The notes under the pieces were generated by a model. That model ran no database searches and had not been told where the DNA came from. It saw only the letters and a program-made list of their open reading frames with translations. A stretch of DNA of 64,000 bases from Alphaproteobacteria bacterium (lineage in GTDB: Bacteria; Pseudomonadota; Alphaproteobacteria; Rickettsiales; UBA998): positions 66,283 through 130,282 of the forward strand of contig RDZH01000013.1 of NCBI GenBank assembly GCA_004293935.1, written 5' to 3'. Positions 47,565 through 56,830 of this stretch are shown here, one piece after another. Each line of letters starts with the position of its first letter. Within the stretch, counting starts at the first letter, position 1. A program made the translations under genes and the position numbers.

Positions 47565-47974
47565 GGCTGTTGCGCTGCTAGCACCACATCTTGTGCGCCC
47601 GCATCCTCAATATATTTCATCATATCAATTAATTTATAGGCTTCCATGTCCGCATCAGCTTTGATGGTAAAACGTGCAGCAGGATTTTTCTTAATGCGCT
47701 CATGCACCCAACGATGCAAATCGTCTAGGCTAAACATCACATCATCACCTGCTACAATTTCATCATGCCGCCCTAACGTGATGATTTCTTCCCCAAGAGC
47801 GGTATGGCTGCTTTGTTCGGAAATAGGGATATTCACGGGAATAATATCGACATGTTCAATTTTCCCTGTAATCACAAAGAAAATAAGCATCAGCAGAATC
47901 ACATTGATCATGGGAACTAAACCCACGGTGCGTGGTTTTTTGCGGGTGCGCTCTATTTCAACTTGGTATGCCAT
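47561..47974 (-). CDS. exbD: ExbD/TolR-family protein (copy 2)
   Basis: 137 aa. The single-TM region VPMINVILLMLIFFVITG and the periplasmic domain are typical of ExbD. Confidence 0.85.
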   Translation of the reverse strand: MAYQVEIERTRKKPRTVGLVPMINVILLMLIFFVITGKIEHVDIIPVNIPISEQSSHTALGEEIITLGRHDEIVAGDDVMFSLDDLHRWVHERIKKNPAARFTIKADADMEAYKLIDMMKYIEDAGAQDVVLAAQQP

Positions 47975-47986
47975 ATGAGGTGCTTC

Positions 47987-48412
47987 CTATAATTTCTGAT
48001 GGGTGCGCTTCCATCGTGCGACATTGACATCTTCACCGCCACGACGTTTGATGATGTCCAGTACATCAATCAAGAGCTGCACTTTGACGCTATCTTCACA
48101 GCGCACGCGAATGCGACGTTGTTGTGTTTGGTGAAAGGCAAGGTCAATGGCTTCGTCTAAATCGCTATGATAGACTAATTTTTTATTCAAAAACGCAGCA
48201 CCACTGTCAAGCAAAATTAAATCATGCATCGGAGCTTCCACGGTGGAAACTGCACCATCGGTATTATCTTCGCTTACGGCTAATTTCAATGCCTCAACAT
48301 CGACATATCCTGTCGTGAGGATGAAAAAAACCATAAGCAGAAACACCACATCAATCAGTGGTGTTAGGTCAAAAACCTTGCTTGTTCTGTGGGCGCGTTC
48401 AATATTAATCAT
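47987..48412 (-). CDS. exbD: ExbD/TolR-family protein (copy 1)
   Basis: 141 aa with LTPLIDVVFLLMVFFILT. Confidence 0.85.
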   Translation of the reverse strand: MINIERAHRTSKVFDLTPLIDVVFLLMVFFILTTGYVDVEALKLAVSEDNTDGAVSTVEAPMHDLILLDSGAAFLNKKLVYHSDLDEAIDLAFHQTQQRRIRVRCEDSVKVQLLIDVLDIIKRRGGEDVNVARWKRTHQKL

Positions 48413-48461
48413 ACCATGTTGTACTCAAAAATTGCGCGTCTTGCAACGACAAGATGAGGTC

Positions 48462-49574
48462 TTATGAAAAAATAATTTGCCGCATATCATTGAATAGGGT
48501 GAATCCCATCAATGCCATAATAAGGAAAAAACCTATGCGATACCCCCATGTTTGAAATTGTTCCGCCATAGGACGACCGCGTAGCCCCTCCAGCGTATAA
48601 AACAATAAATGTCCACCATCCAAAGGTGGGATAGGCAAGATATTCATAAAGCCAAGATTGACTGAGAGCAATGCCATAAACCATAGGATCGTCATGCCAT
48701 CTTTTTTTGCCACTTTGCCCGACATATCCGCAATGCCTATCGGACCTTTCAACTGTTCTGCACTACGTTCGCCTGATACCACCTGCCGTAGAAATTCTAA
48801 CGACATCACAATCATGGAATAAGTGCGTTTGACGGATTCATTGATAGCACCAAAGAGCGAAACATTCTCCGCTGTGAGTTTGGGAGAGGAAATGCCCAAC
48901 ATGGCACGCTCTACCTTATTGCCCAAACCATCATCTTCTACTGTGATGCGCGGTGTGACATGCAGGATCAAGGGCTGCCCTTCACGAACAATATGCACGC
49001 GCACTTCCACACCAAGATTGGTTGCTAAGATCATGGAAATATCACGAAATGCATTGACCTCTTCATCATTAATTGCGGCAATGCGATCACCCTCGCGTAT
49101 CCCCGCTTCAGCGGCGGCGGAATGTTCCATCACCTTACCAACGAGAGGTTCTGTGGTATCCAAACCTGAGGAGAAAATTAAAAAGGTGAAGATGCTGATT
49201 GCCAGAAGAAAGTTCGCTATTGGTCCCGCACTAACAATAATCGCTTTTTGCCATAATGCTTTATGGTGGAAGCTGATGCGCCGTTCTTCTTCCGTCATGG
49301 TACGCATGGCATCGACATCGGGCGTGCTTGCCTCGGTGGAATCGCCATACATTTTAACGTAGCCCCCCAAAGGTGCTAAACAAATCTTCCAACGCGTACC
49401 TGTTCTATCTGTCCAACCAAGAATTTCTTTGCCAAATCCGATCGCAAATGCCTCAATTTTGACACCACATAGGCGTGCAGCTAAATAATGCCCGAATTCA
49501 TGAATGAATACGATCACAGAAATAATGAGGAAAAAAGAAAGAGCCGTATGCCCGAGTGAAAAAAATTGTTCCAT
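48462..49574 (-). CDS. rseP: RIP zinc metalloprotease RseP (start taken at ATG 49574)
   Basis: It has the HEFGH motif, a PDZ domain, and the C-terminal motif NILPIPPLDGGH. The shorter start removes the overlap with dxr. Confidence 0.92.
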   Translation of the reverse strand: MEQFFSLGHTALSFFLIISVIVFIHEFGHYLAARLCGVKIEAFAIGFGKEILGWTDRTGTRWKICLAPLGGYVKMYGDSTEASTPDVDAMRTMTEEERRISFHHKALWQKAIIVSAGPIANFLLAISIFTFLIFSSGLDTTEPLVGKVMEHSAAAEAGIREGDRIAAINDEEVNAFRDISMILATNLGVEVRVHIVREGQPLILHVTPRITVEDDGLGNKVERAMLGISSPKLTAENVSLFGAINESVKRTYSMIVMSLEFLRQVVSGERSAEQLKGPIGIADMSGKVAKKDGMTILWFMALLSVNLGFMNILPIPPLDGGHLLFYTLEGLRGRPMAEQFQTWGYRIGFFLIMALMGFTLFNDMRQIIFS

Positions 49575-49578
49575 GAAT

Positions 49579-50751
49579 TTACGATGCCTGACTGATAAGG
49601 CGTTTTGTTGCAATCCTTATACTATGATTGATCTCGTAGACTTCGTCAAGGGAAGAAACCGAATGCTGCGCGTTCTGCTCTAAAATGCGTGCAATCATGG
49701 CAGGAATATCCATAAAACCTATCGCTCCACCTAAAAATGCCTCTACGGCAACTTCATTGGCTGCATTGAGCATGATGGGGGCAGAAGATGGTTCTCGCAT
49801 CGCTGCAAAAGCTAAACCTAATGCGGGAAAGCGCGTGTGATCGGGTGCCTCAAAGGTTAATGTACCACGTGCCACCAAATCAAGGGGCGGGAGGTCAAGG
49901 CGTAAGCGTTCAGGATAATGCATCGCATAAGCAAGCGGAATGCGCATATCAGGGTTACTCATATGCGCTAGATGCGATCCATCGGCATAATGAATGAAGC
50001 AATGCACAATCGATTGCGGATGCACCAACACATGTAATTGCGAGGGTTCAAGATTGAACATATAGCGCGCTTCAATAAGCTCAAGCCCTTTATTCATCAA
50101 GGTTGCAGAATCAACAGAGATTTTCGCTCCCATCACCCAATTAGGATGGGCAACCGCTTGTTGTGGGGTGGCATCATATAACGCCTCAAGACTCCATGTA
50201 CGAAACGGCCCGCCCGATGCTGTGAGTGTTACCGAATGGGGGGGACGATTCTGCACGCCATGCCATAATTGGAAAACGGCATTATGTTCGGAATCAATAG
50301 GCAATAAGGTTGCGCCATAGGCAGCACAGGCATCCATAAATAACGTGCCTGCGGCGACTAAACATTCTTTGTTGGCAAGTGCAATCGTGCGACCATGACG
50401 AATGGCTTCCATGGTGGGGCGTAAGGCAGAAAAACCTACAATGGCGGAGATCATCATATCATAGGGGAGCGATGCGGCATCCACCAATGCATCTTCCCCT
50501 GCGCTTACAATGATGGTGGCGGGCAGGGCATCACGCACTTCATGATAATGTTGCGCGTTAGCAATAACCACATGATCGGGCATGAACTCTAAGGCAAGCG
50601 CAATGAGTTTTTTGCTGTTTTGGTGCGCCGTCATGATGGCTATGCGATAATATTGGGGATAGGCACGCACAATATCAAGCGTATTATCCCCAATCGTACC
50701 CGTTGCACCAAAGAGTGCAAGATGCTTCAATGCAGGAACAGGGCAATCCAT
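49579..50751 (-). CDS. dxr: 1-deoxy-D-xylulose-5-phosphate reductoisomerase (start taken at ATG 50751)
   Basis: It has the NADPH loop LFGATGTIG and the motifs LANKE and PIDSEH. Confidence 0.94.
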   Translation of the reverse strand: MDCPVPALKHLALFGATGTIGDNTLDIVRAYPQYYRIAIMTAHQNSKKLIALALEFMPDHVVIANAQHYHEVRDALPATIIVSAGEDALVDAASLPYDMMISAIVGFSALRPTMEAIRHGRTIALANKECLVAAGTLFMDACAAYGATLLPIDSEHNAVFQLWHGVQNRPPHSVTLTASGGPFRTWSLEALYDATPQQAVAHPNWVMGAKISVDSATLMNKGLELIEARYMFNLEPSQLHVLVHPQSIVHCFIHYADGSHLAHMSNPDMRIPLAYAMHYPERLRLDLPPLDLVARGTLTFEAPDHTRFPALGLAFAAMREPSSAPIMLNAANEVAVEAFLGGAIGFMDIPAMIARILEQNAQHSVSSLDEVYEINHSIRIATKRLISQAS

Positions 50752-50767
50752 GAGTGTGTATGTATGC

Positions 50768-52597
50768 TTAACTTGCGATTTTTTTCTTATCCCGTGAGGT
50801 ACGCTTGCGCTCATTCGGATCAAGCATTTTTTTACGCAAACGTAATGATTTTGGCGTAACTTCTACCAATTCATCGTCTTCAATATAAGAAATCATATCT
50901 TCAAGCGTCAATCTGCGTGGTGGGATAAGGCGAATAGCTTCATCCGTACCCGATGCGCGAATATTGGTTAATTGCTTGCCTTTGAGTACGTTGATTTCAA
51001 GATCATTATCACGATTATGCTCACCCACAACCATGCCCATATAGACTTTTTCTTGTGGGTTAATAAACATCACGCCACGATCTTGTAGGTTGAAGATTGC
51101 ATAGGCAACAGCTTCCCCCTGATCGGTAGAGATAAGCACACCATTGCGCCGCCCTTGAATATCACCTTTATACGGCTCATGGCTATGATAAAGGCGGTTC
51201 ATAACACCTGTGCCGCGTGTATCCGTTAAGAATTCACTTTGGTAGCCAATCAATCCACGTGAGGGCGCGTAAAAGACTAAGCGCGTTTTACCTGCACCTG
51301 CTGGGCGCATTTCTTGCATCGCTGCCTTGCGTTGTGACATTTTTTCTACCACAACACCGCTATATTCATCGTCAACATCGATTACGACTTCTTCGATCGG
51401 CTCAAGCAAGACACCGCCTTCTTCGCGCATCAATACACGTGGACGCGAAACGGATAGCTCAAAGCCTTCACGGCGCATGGTTTCAATCAGCACGCCTAAT
51501 TGCAATTCCCCGCGTCCACCAACTTCAAAGGCATCTTTGCCATCGGATTCAGTGACGGTAATCGCAACATTGGTTTCTGCTTCAGCAAAGAGGCGATCAC
51601 GAATCATGCGTGATGTGACTTTGCTTCCCTCAGTACCTGCAAAGGGTGAATCATTCACGCTGAGGGTGATGCTCATGGTGGGAGGATCAATCGGAGTGGA
51701 TGGCACGGGCGTAGTGACCGCGATATCAGCAATAGTATCTGCCACCGATGCAACCGACATGCCCGCGATGGTGATAATATCCCCTGCGCTTGCTTCTTGT
51801 ACGGGAACGCGTTGAATGCCACGGAAGGATAAGAGTTTTGTTAACTTACCCGCTTCCATCTGCTCACCTGCAAGATTCAAGGCTTTGACGGGCATGTTCA
51901 CTTTAACTTTACCGCTTTGTATGCGCCCTGTCAACATACGACCCAAGAATGGATCAGATTCAAGCAACGTAACCAACATACTGAACGGTGCTTCTTCATC
52001 TAATTGTGGCGTGGGTACGTGACGCAAAATCAAATCAAACAAAGGCGTTAAATCCTTGCGTGGGTCATCCAATTCTTGCGCGCACCATCCATCACGCCCT
52101 GAAGCGTACAGAATAGGGAAATCTAATTGTTGATCATTAGCATTCAACGCTGCGAATAGATCAAACACCTCATTGACTACTTCATCGGGGCGACCATCGG
52201 GGCGATCCACTTTATTGATGATAACCATTGGGCGCAAGCCTTGTTTGAGTGCCTTACCCAAAACAAATTTTGTTTGGGGCATCGGCCCTTCGGCTGCGTC
52301 GGTTAATAAAATTACGCCATCCACCATATGCAGAATACGCTCTACTTCTCCACCAAAATCGGCGTGACCCGGAGTATCAACGATATTGATGCGTGTACCA
52401 TTCCACTCAACTGACGTACATTTCGCAAGAATGGTGATGCCACGCTCTTTTTCAAGGGCATTGGAATCCATGACGCGTTCATCTACTTGTTGGTTATCTC
52501 GGAATGTACCACTTTGGCGGAGCATCGTATCAACAAGCGTGGTTTTGCCGTGATCTACGTGAGCGATAATAGCGATATTGCGAACTTCGTGTGTCAT
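50768..52597 (-). CDS. typA: Translational GTPase TypA/BipA (start taken at ATG 52597)
   Basis: It starts [25 protein letters not shown] and NKVD motifs are present. Confidence 0.95.
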   Translation of the reverse strand: MTHEVRNIAIIAHVDHGKTTLVDTMLRQSGTFRDNQQVDERVMDSNALEKERGITILAKCTSVEWNGTRINIVDTPGHADFGGEVERILHMVDGVILLTDAAEGPMPQTKFVLGKALKQGLRPMVIINKVDRPDGRPDEVVNEVFDLFAALNANDQQLDFPILYASGRDGWCAQELDDPRKDLTPLFDLILRHVPTPQLDEEAPFSMLVTLLESDPFLGRMLTGRIQSGKVKVNMPVKALNLAGEQMEAGKLTKLLSFRGIQRVPVQEASAGDIITIAGMSVASVADTIADIAVTTPVPSTPIDPPTMSITLSVNDSPFAGTEGSKVTSRMIRDRLFAEAETNVAITVTESDGKDAFEVGGRGELQLGVLIETMRREGFELSVSRPRVLMREEGGVLLEPIEEVVIDVDDEYSGVVVEKMSQRKAAMQEMRPAGAGKTRLVFYAPSRGLIGYQSEFLTDTRGTGVMNRLYHSHEPYKGDIQGRRNGVLISTDQGEAVAYAIFNLQDRGVMFINPQEKVYMGMVVGEHNRDNDLEINVLKGKQLTNIRASGTDEAIRLIPPRRLTLEDMISYIEDDELVEVTPKSLRLRKKMLDPNERKRTSRDKKKIAS

Positions 52598-52707
52598 AAA
52601 AAATCCAAATAGAAAAAATGGGGCATAGATCGTACCTATGCTTGGAATCCTGCGCTTTACAAGCACCTATGAAGCTGTTCATAGAGCAAAGATAGGGCTT
52701 TTGCAAG

Positions 52708-52842
52708 GTATATATAGTATGTTTTAGTGGGTTGGTTCTTTTTCAAGAACATGCCTATCAAACATTTGTGCTATCATTCCTATGGTTATAGCATGACCTA
52801 GCCGATAGGCTCTTTAACGAATCTATCGCTACGTGCTATATA
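52708..52842 (-). repeat. Family B nested palindromic repeat, copy B2 (inverted relative to B1)
   Basis: ggttggttctttttcaagaacatgcctatcaaaca matches the reverse complement of 29880-29925. Further CGATAGG/CCTATCG arms follow. Confidence 0.75.
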
Positions 52843-52848
52843 ATGCTT

Positions 52849-52904
52849 CGACTATAGTCGTGTGACTAAAAAATGAGGCATTTTTTGTCGAACGACTATA
52901 TATC
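52849..52904 (+). repeat. Family C hairpin, copy C4
   Basis: Reads cgactatagtcgtgtgactaaaaaatgaggcattttttgtcgaacgactatatatc. Confidence 0.75.
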
Positions 52905-53017
52905 TACTATCGGTGACACGAAGCCAAAAATATTCAAGAATAGTTATTTTACAAGATAGGTTCAATTCGCAAGCGAAAAAAACGATAAGCAGTGCTTAGT
53001 TTAAGCAGAAAAGCCCA

Positions 53018-53440
53018 TTACGCTGCCAAAGACTCTGATTCATCGTCAATAATTAAGCCTGAATCTTTCCCCTTTGCCGAAACATCACGATCCACGAACT
53101 CGATGATCGCTAAAGGAGCATTATCCCCATAGCGAAAACCAGCTTTTAGTACGCGAATATAGCCACCTTGTCTGTCTTGGTAGCGTGATCCGAGCGTAGC
53201 AAATAATTTATCTACCATACCAATATCACGAATGGCAGCAATCGCTTGACGACGCGCATGAAGATCACCGCGTTTTGCCAAAGTGATTAATTTCTCCACA
53301 TACGGACGCAATTCTTTTGCTTTTGGCAATGTAGTCGTAATTTGCTCATGTTTGATAAGAGCAGCAGCCATATTAGCAAACATAGCCTTCCTATGAGAAG
53401 AAGTTCTGTTTAATTTACGACCTTTCATGTTGTGACGCAT
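53018..53440 (-). CDS. rplQ: 50S ribosomal protein L17 (start taken at ATG 53440)
   Basis: It starts [21 protein letters not shown]. The longer ORF-track version overlaps rpoA. Confidence 0.94.
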   Translation of the reverse strand: MRHNMKGRKLNRTSSHRKAMFANMAAALIKHEQITTTLPKAKELRPYVEKLITLAKRGDLHARRQAIAAIRDIGMVDKLFATLGSRYQDRQGGYIRVLKAGFRYGDNAPLAIIEFVDRDVSAKGKDSGLIIDDESESLAA

Positions 53441-53471
53441 AATAGTAATCCGTGTGTTATTGAATAATAAA

Positions 53472-54497
53472 TTAGTAAGGTTCTTCGAAACGGCGTGCCA
53501 ATTCTTCGATATTTTCTGGTGGCCATTCAGGAACTTCCATGCCAAAGCGAAGCCCCATATTGACCAATACTTCTTTGATTTCATTCAAAGATTTACGACC
53601 AAAATTCGGAGTTTTTAGCATTTCGCCTTCGGTTTTTTGCACCAAGTCACCAATATAGACGATATTGTCGTTTTTCAAGCAATTTGCAGAACGTACAGAA
53701 AGTTCAAGTTCATCAACTTTCTTGAGCAAATAATGGCTAAACGGTAAATCGTGACGATCAATAATATCACGATCCACTGGCATATCTTCAAAATTGACAA
53801 AAAGACGCAACTGATCTTGCAAGATACGCGCTGCCAAAGCAACAGAATCATCAGGAGTAATCGAGCCATCAGTAGTGATGTCAAGGATCAATTTATCATA
53901 ATCTGTTCTGTTGCCCACACGTGCATTTTCTACACGATAGGAAACATTCAGCACAGGTGAGAAGATAGAATCGATAGGAATTACACCAATAGGCTGATCA
54001 GAATCACGATTACTGGAAGCAGGGATATAACCTTTGCCCACTTCCACAAACAACACCATATTGATTTCCGCCCCTTTGTCGAGTGTGCAGATCACCAAAT
54101 CTTTATTGATGACTTCTACATCACTATCGGTAACGATACGCGCAGCCGTGATTTCACCGGGACCTTTAACGTTAAGCGTCATTTTTTTGCGCTCTGGTGT
54201 ATGAGCTTTTAAGCGCAACTCTTTGATGTTCAAAATGATGCTAGTGACATCTTCACGAATACCCGGCACGGCAGAAAATTCATGCACTACACCATCCATT
54301 TTAATGGCGGTAACGGCAGCTCCTTGGATCGATGAAAGGAGAATGCGACGCAATGCCACACCAAGAGTGATACCAAAGCCACGCTCAAGCGGTTCAGCAA
54401 TCAAGGTAGCTTTACGGTTATGTGAACCAGAAGAACTAACTTCAATTTTGCTGGGCTTAATCAAATCCTGCCAATTTTTATTGAGCATATTTGCCAT
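53472..54497 (-). CDS. rpoA: DNA-directed RNA polymerase alpha subunit
   Basis: 341 aa with the typical N-terminal domain and an alpha-CTD ([12 protein letters not shown]). Confidence 0.96.
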   Translation of the reverse strand: MANMLNKNWQDLIKPSKIEVSSSGSHNRKATLIAEPLERGFGITLGVALRRILLSSIQGAAVTAIKMDGVVHEFSAVPGIREDVTSIILNIKELRLKAHTPERKKMTLNVKGPGEITAARIVTDSDVEVINKDLVICTLDKGAEINMVLFVEVGKGYIPASSNRDSDQPIGVIPIDSIFSPVLNVSYRVENARVGNRTDYDKLILDITTDGSITPDDSVALAARILQDQLRLFVNFEDMPVDRDIIDRHDLPFSHYLLKKVDELELSVRSANCLKNDNIVYIGDLVQKTEGEMLKTPNFGRKSLNEIKEVLVNMGLRFGMEVPEWPPENIEELARRFEEPY

Positions 54498-54548
54498 AAT
54501 TATGTTCCTCTACGGGATTAAGACGAGTGAATGCAACGAATAAATAGA

Positions 54549-54938
54549 TTACACACGACGACGTTTCGGAGGGCGGCAACCATTGTGCGGAACTGGTGTC
54601 ACATCACGAATGGAAGTTACCGTAAAACCAACAGTTTGAAACGCGCGCAATGCGGACTCACGACCGCTTCCCGGACCTTTTACGCGAATTTCAATGGTTT
54701 TCATGCCATGATCCATTGCCTTGCGCCCTGCATCTTCTGCCGTTACTTGCGCAGCATAAGGAGTCGCCTTCTTTGAACCCTTAAATCCATGACTTCCCGC
54801 AGAAGACCACGACACGGCATTGCCATGAGGATCTGTTACGGTAATGATGGTATTGTTGAACGATGCGTTCACATGCGCAATACCATAAGGTATGTTTTTG
54901 CGATCTTTTTTCTTTAATTTTGCGGTTTCTTTTGCCAT
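54549..54938 (-). CDS. rpsK: 30S ribosomal protein S11
   Basis: 129 aa with [17 protein letters not shown]. Confidence 0.96.
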   Translation of the reverse strand: MAKETAKLKKKDRKNIPYGIAHVNASFNNTIITVTDPHGNAVSWSSAGSHGFKGSKKATPYAAQVTAEDAGRKAMDHGMKTIEIRVKGPGSGRESALRAFQTVGFTVTSIRDVTPVPHNGCRPPKRRRV

Positions 54939-54940
54939 GA

Positions 54941-55309
54941 CTACTTCTTCTTACCAGCGATAGGGACTGCTTTACCTTTACGTGTGCGTGCATTTGTATG
55001 CGTGCGCTGACCACGAACAGGCAACTTACGACGATGACGCAGACCACGATAGCATCCTAAATCCATAAGACGCTTAATGTTCATGCCCACTTCACGGCGC
55101 AATTCACCTTCTACGGTGTAATCAGCATCAATCACTTCGCGGATGCGAATAACTTCCGAATCCGTAAGTTGATTCACACGACGACTTGCATCAATGCCTG
55201 TTTTCTGACAAATTTCTATAGCACGAGCTCTACCGAGTCCGTGAATGTAGGTAAGCGCAATTTCTAAACGCTTAGCTGATGGAATATTTACGCCTGCAAT
55301 ACGTGCCAC
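54941..55309 (-). CDS. rpsM: 30S ribosomal protein S13 (GTG start)
   Basis: 122 aa starting [10 protein letters not shown]. Confidence 0.96.
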   Translation of the reverse strand: MARIAGVNIPSAKRLEIALTYIHGLGRARAIEICQKTGIDASRRVNQLTDSEVIRIREVIDADYTVEGELRREVGMNIKRLMDLGCYRGLRHRRKLPVRGQRTHTNARTRKGKAVPIAGKKK

Positions 55310-55353
55310 TGTATCTTTTCCCTGACTTATGCTAAAATGTAAATTAAGAGCGC

Positions 55354-55381
55354 ATAATACGCACTATCATCATAATGTCAA
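55354..55381 (-). promoter_or_regulatory. Predicted sigma70 promoter of the rpsM-rpsK-rpoA-rplQ operon
   Basis: The minus strand reads TTGACA (55381-55376), 16 nt, then TATTAT (55359-55354). Confidence 0.5.
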
Positions 55382-55473
55382 TACCAATTTTCTTCTTTTA
55401 TCGCAAACTATTTATTTTTTCTATTCCAACAACTGTGATACAATGGATAAAAACCAGATTGAGGGCAAGGATC

Positions 55474-55968
55474 ATGCGAAAAAATCTATTTCAAACATAT
55501 TATTGGGCGCGTGTGCTGTGTCTTATCTGTTGCCTAGGAAATGTAGCTGGGGCGCGCGCATGGGATCAACAACCGTGGCAACCGCAATCACCAGAGATGA
55601 TGGGAATGCCGAATGTGTTTCATGACCCCCTCGCGGAAGGACCACTAGAGCGTATGGATAGGCAACGTATGTCACGGCAGGGTTATTTTTTGCCTGACGG
55701 AACATATGTTGTGCCGCCTCCTTCTACTCTTTATGCCCCGCCCGCACGCGTTGGGCGTGCATGGGGTTGGCAGCAGCCTCATTGTGAAGAAGATCAGATG
55801 TTCCCCCCTATGCGTGGCGGAGGGTATAGCTATCAACCGCACAGCTATGATCCGCATATGCGCAGAGCAAACCCGTGGTCATCCAGAATGCATCATGGGA
55901 TGCATCGCGGCGGGATACATCAACAACGACGTATTATTTTTGGTGATGTGGGGTATCTGCCTCGTTAG
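55474..55968 (+). CDS. Secreted low-complexity protein rich in Pro/Gln/Gly/Met/His/Arg/Trp/Tyr
   Basis: ATG at 55474 is preceded by GAGGGCAAGG. The signal peptide is MRKNLFQTYYWARVLCLICCLGNVAGARA. The mature part contains EMMGM and RMHHGMHRGGIH. Confidence 0.5.
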   Translation: MRKNLFQTYYWARVLCLICCLGNVAGARAWDQQPWQPQSPEMMGMPNVFHDPLAEGPLERMDRQRMSRQGYFLPDGTYVVPPPSTLYAPPARVGRAWGWQQPHCEEDQMFPPMRGGGYSYQPHSYDPHMRRANPWSSRMHHGMHRGGIHQQRRIIFGDVGYLPR

Positions 55969-55996
55969 TGACTGCGTGGTGGGGAGGGGGATATAT

Positions 55997-56045
55997 ACCC
56001 TTCACTTCAAGGACTTAAGTCCTTAAAGTGAAGTGGGTATTTTTA
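55997..56045. terminator. Long near-perfect palindrome between convergent genes (bidirectional terminator candidate)
   Basis: acccttcacttcaaggactt pairs with aagtccttaaagtgaagtgggt, followed by ATTTTT. Confidence 0.6.
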
Positions 56046-56294
56046 GCGTTGTTTGGTTTTTGATCCTAGGGGGATGTCAAAAAATCCGCCACTGAGGACA
56101 ACATAGGACGAGATCCATGGCCATGTATCAAAGGGAAAACTAGCCATTTGTTCCCATGTCATGAATAGAAAGCTACACCAGATCATGCCAAAAAAGCCAA
56201 TGATACGATTGCTTTTTAAGGCGTATCCTAAAAAGGACAGGACACACAAAAAACGTGCAGCGTTGAACCAGTCAATAGAGTGAATCGGATGCAT
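56043..56294 (-). CDS. Small membrane protein, paralogue a (start taken at ATG 56294)
   Basis: MHPIHSIDWFNAARFLCVLSFLGYA aligns with its neighbour MDLIELIDSIDWHNVARFLCIIAFFGYA. Confidence 0.5.
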   Translation of the reverse strand: MHPIHSIDWFNAARFLCVLSFLGYALKSNRIIGFFGMIWCSFLFMTWEQMASFPFDTWPWISSYVVLSGGFFDIPLGSKTKQR

Positions 56295-56376
56295 AAAAAT
56301 GGTCTGCCGTGCAGAAATAGTAAGGGACTTCGCATCACGTACCCTACCCAAGGGGGGAGAGTACATGACAGCTAGA

Positions 56377-56712
56377 TTACATCACAAGCAACACAAAAAG
56401 TGCGCTTAAGATAATCACGGCGAGTATGAGTGCAGTAAATAAAAGCACCCACAACATGCCGATGATAGTAAGTGCGGATAAAAATCCAACACTTAGCACC
56501 ATGTACGCCAAAATCCACTGGATGCTATCCAAGGGAAAAACAACCATTTCTTCCCAAACGATGAAAAGAAAAGCACAAGAAGCCATGCCTAAAAATGACA
56601 GTGCGATTTGCGATTGACGCACCATGTTGGCGTAGCCAAAGAAAGCGATGATGCATAAAAAACGTGCAACATTATGCCAGTCGATAGAGTCAATCAGTTC
56701 GATCAAATCCAT
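56377..56712 (-). CDS. Small membrane protein, paralogue b (start taken at ATG 56712), with an extra C-terminal TM
   Basis: Paralogous to 56043-56294. The shorter start leaves about 110 bp for the region divergent with mutL. Confidence 0.5.
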   Translation of the reverse strand: MDLIELIDSIDWHNVARFLCIIAFFGYANMVRQSQIALSFLGMASCAFLFIVWEEMVVFPLDSIQWILAYMVLSVGFLSALTIIGMLWVLLFTALILAVIILSALFVLLVM

Positions 56713-56830
56713 AAGAAAATAGTTTTGCTGTGCAAAAAGATATAGGTCTCCGAATTTTGTATCATAAAAACAACATCGATGCAAGTTTTTTTCTAGCATC
56801 TTTAGCGGGAGCAATTTATAGTTGAATGCT

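Noticed and set aside
10599-51815. Long antisense or alternative-frame ORFs in the track (for example 10599-11006, 13004-13525, 28101-28703, 44676-45179, 48823-49362, 51327-51815)
   Set aside because: Each lies entirely inside a confidently identified conserved gene on the opposite strand (rho, fabD, gatB, spoT, rseP, typA). Each also shows the Ser/Arg/Ala/Cys-rich composition typical of shadow ORFs.
8700-52910. Whether the recurring palindromic repeats (families A, B, C) could be a CRISPR array
   Set aside because: The copies are tens of kilobases apart and occur in both orientations. They are not separated by uniform short spacers. No cas genes are present in the window.
22956-53584. N-terminal extensions given by the ORF track for nusB (to 23531), rseP (to 49613), dxr (to 50823), typA (to 52666), rplQ (to 53584), the glutathione peroxidase gene (to 14535) and gltA (from 30077)
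   Set aside because: The extensions overlap neighbouring genes or a terminator hairpin, and start with non-conserved sequence. In each case an internal ATG gives the canonical family N-terminus, sometimes with a visible SD sequence.
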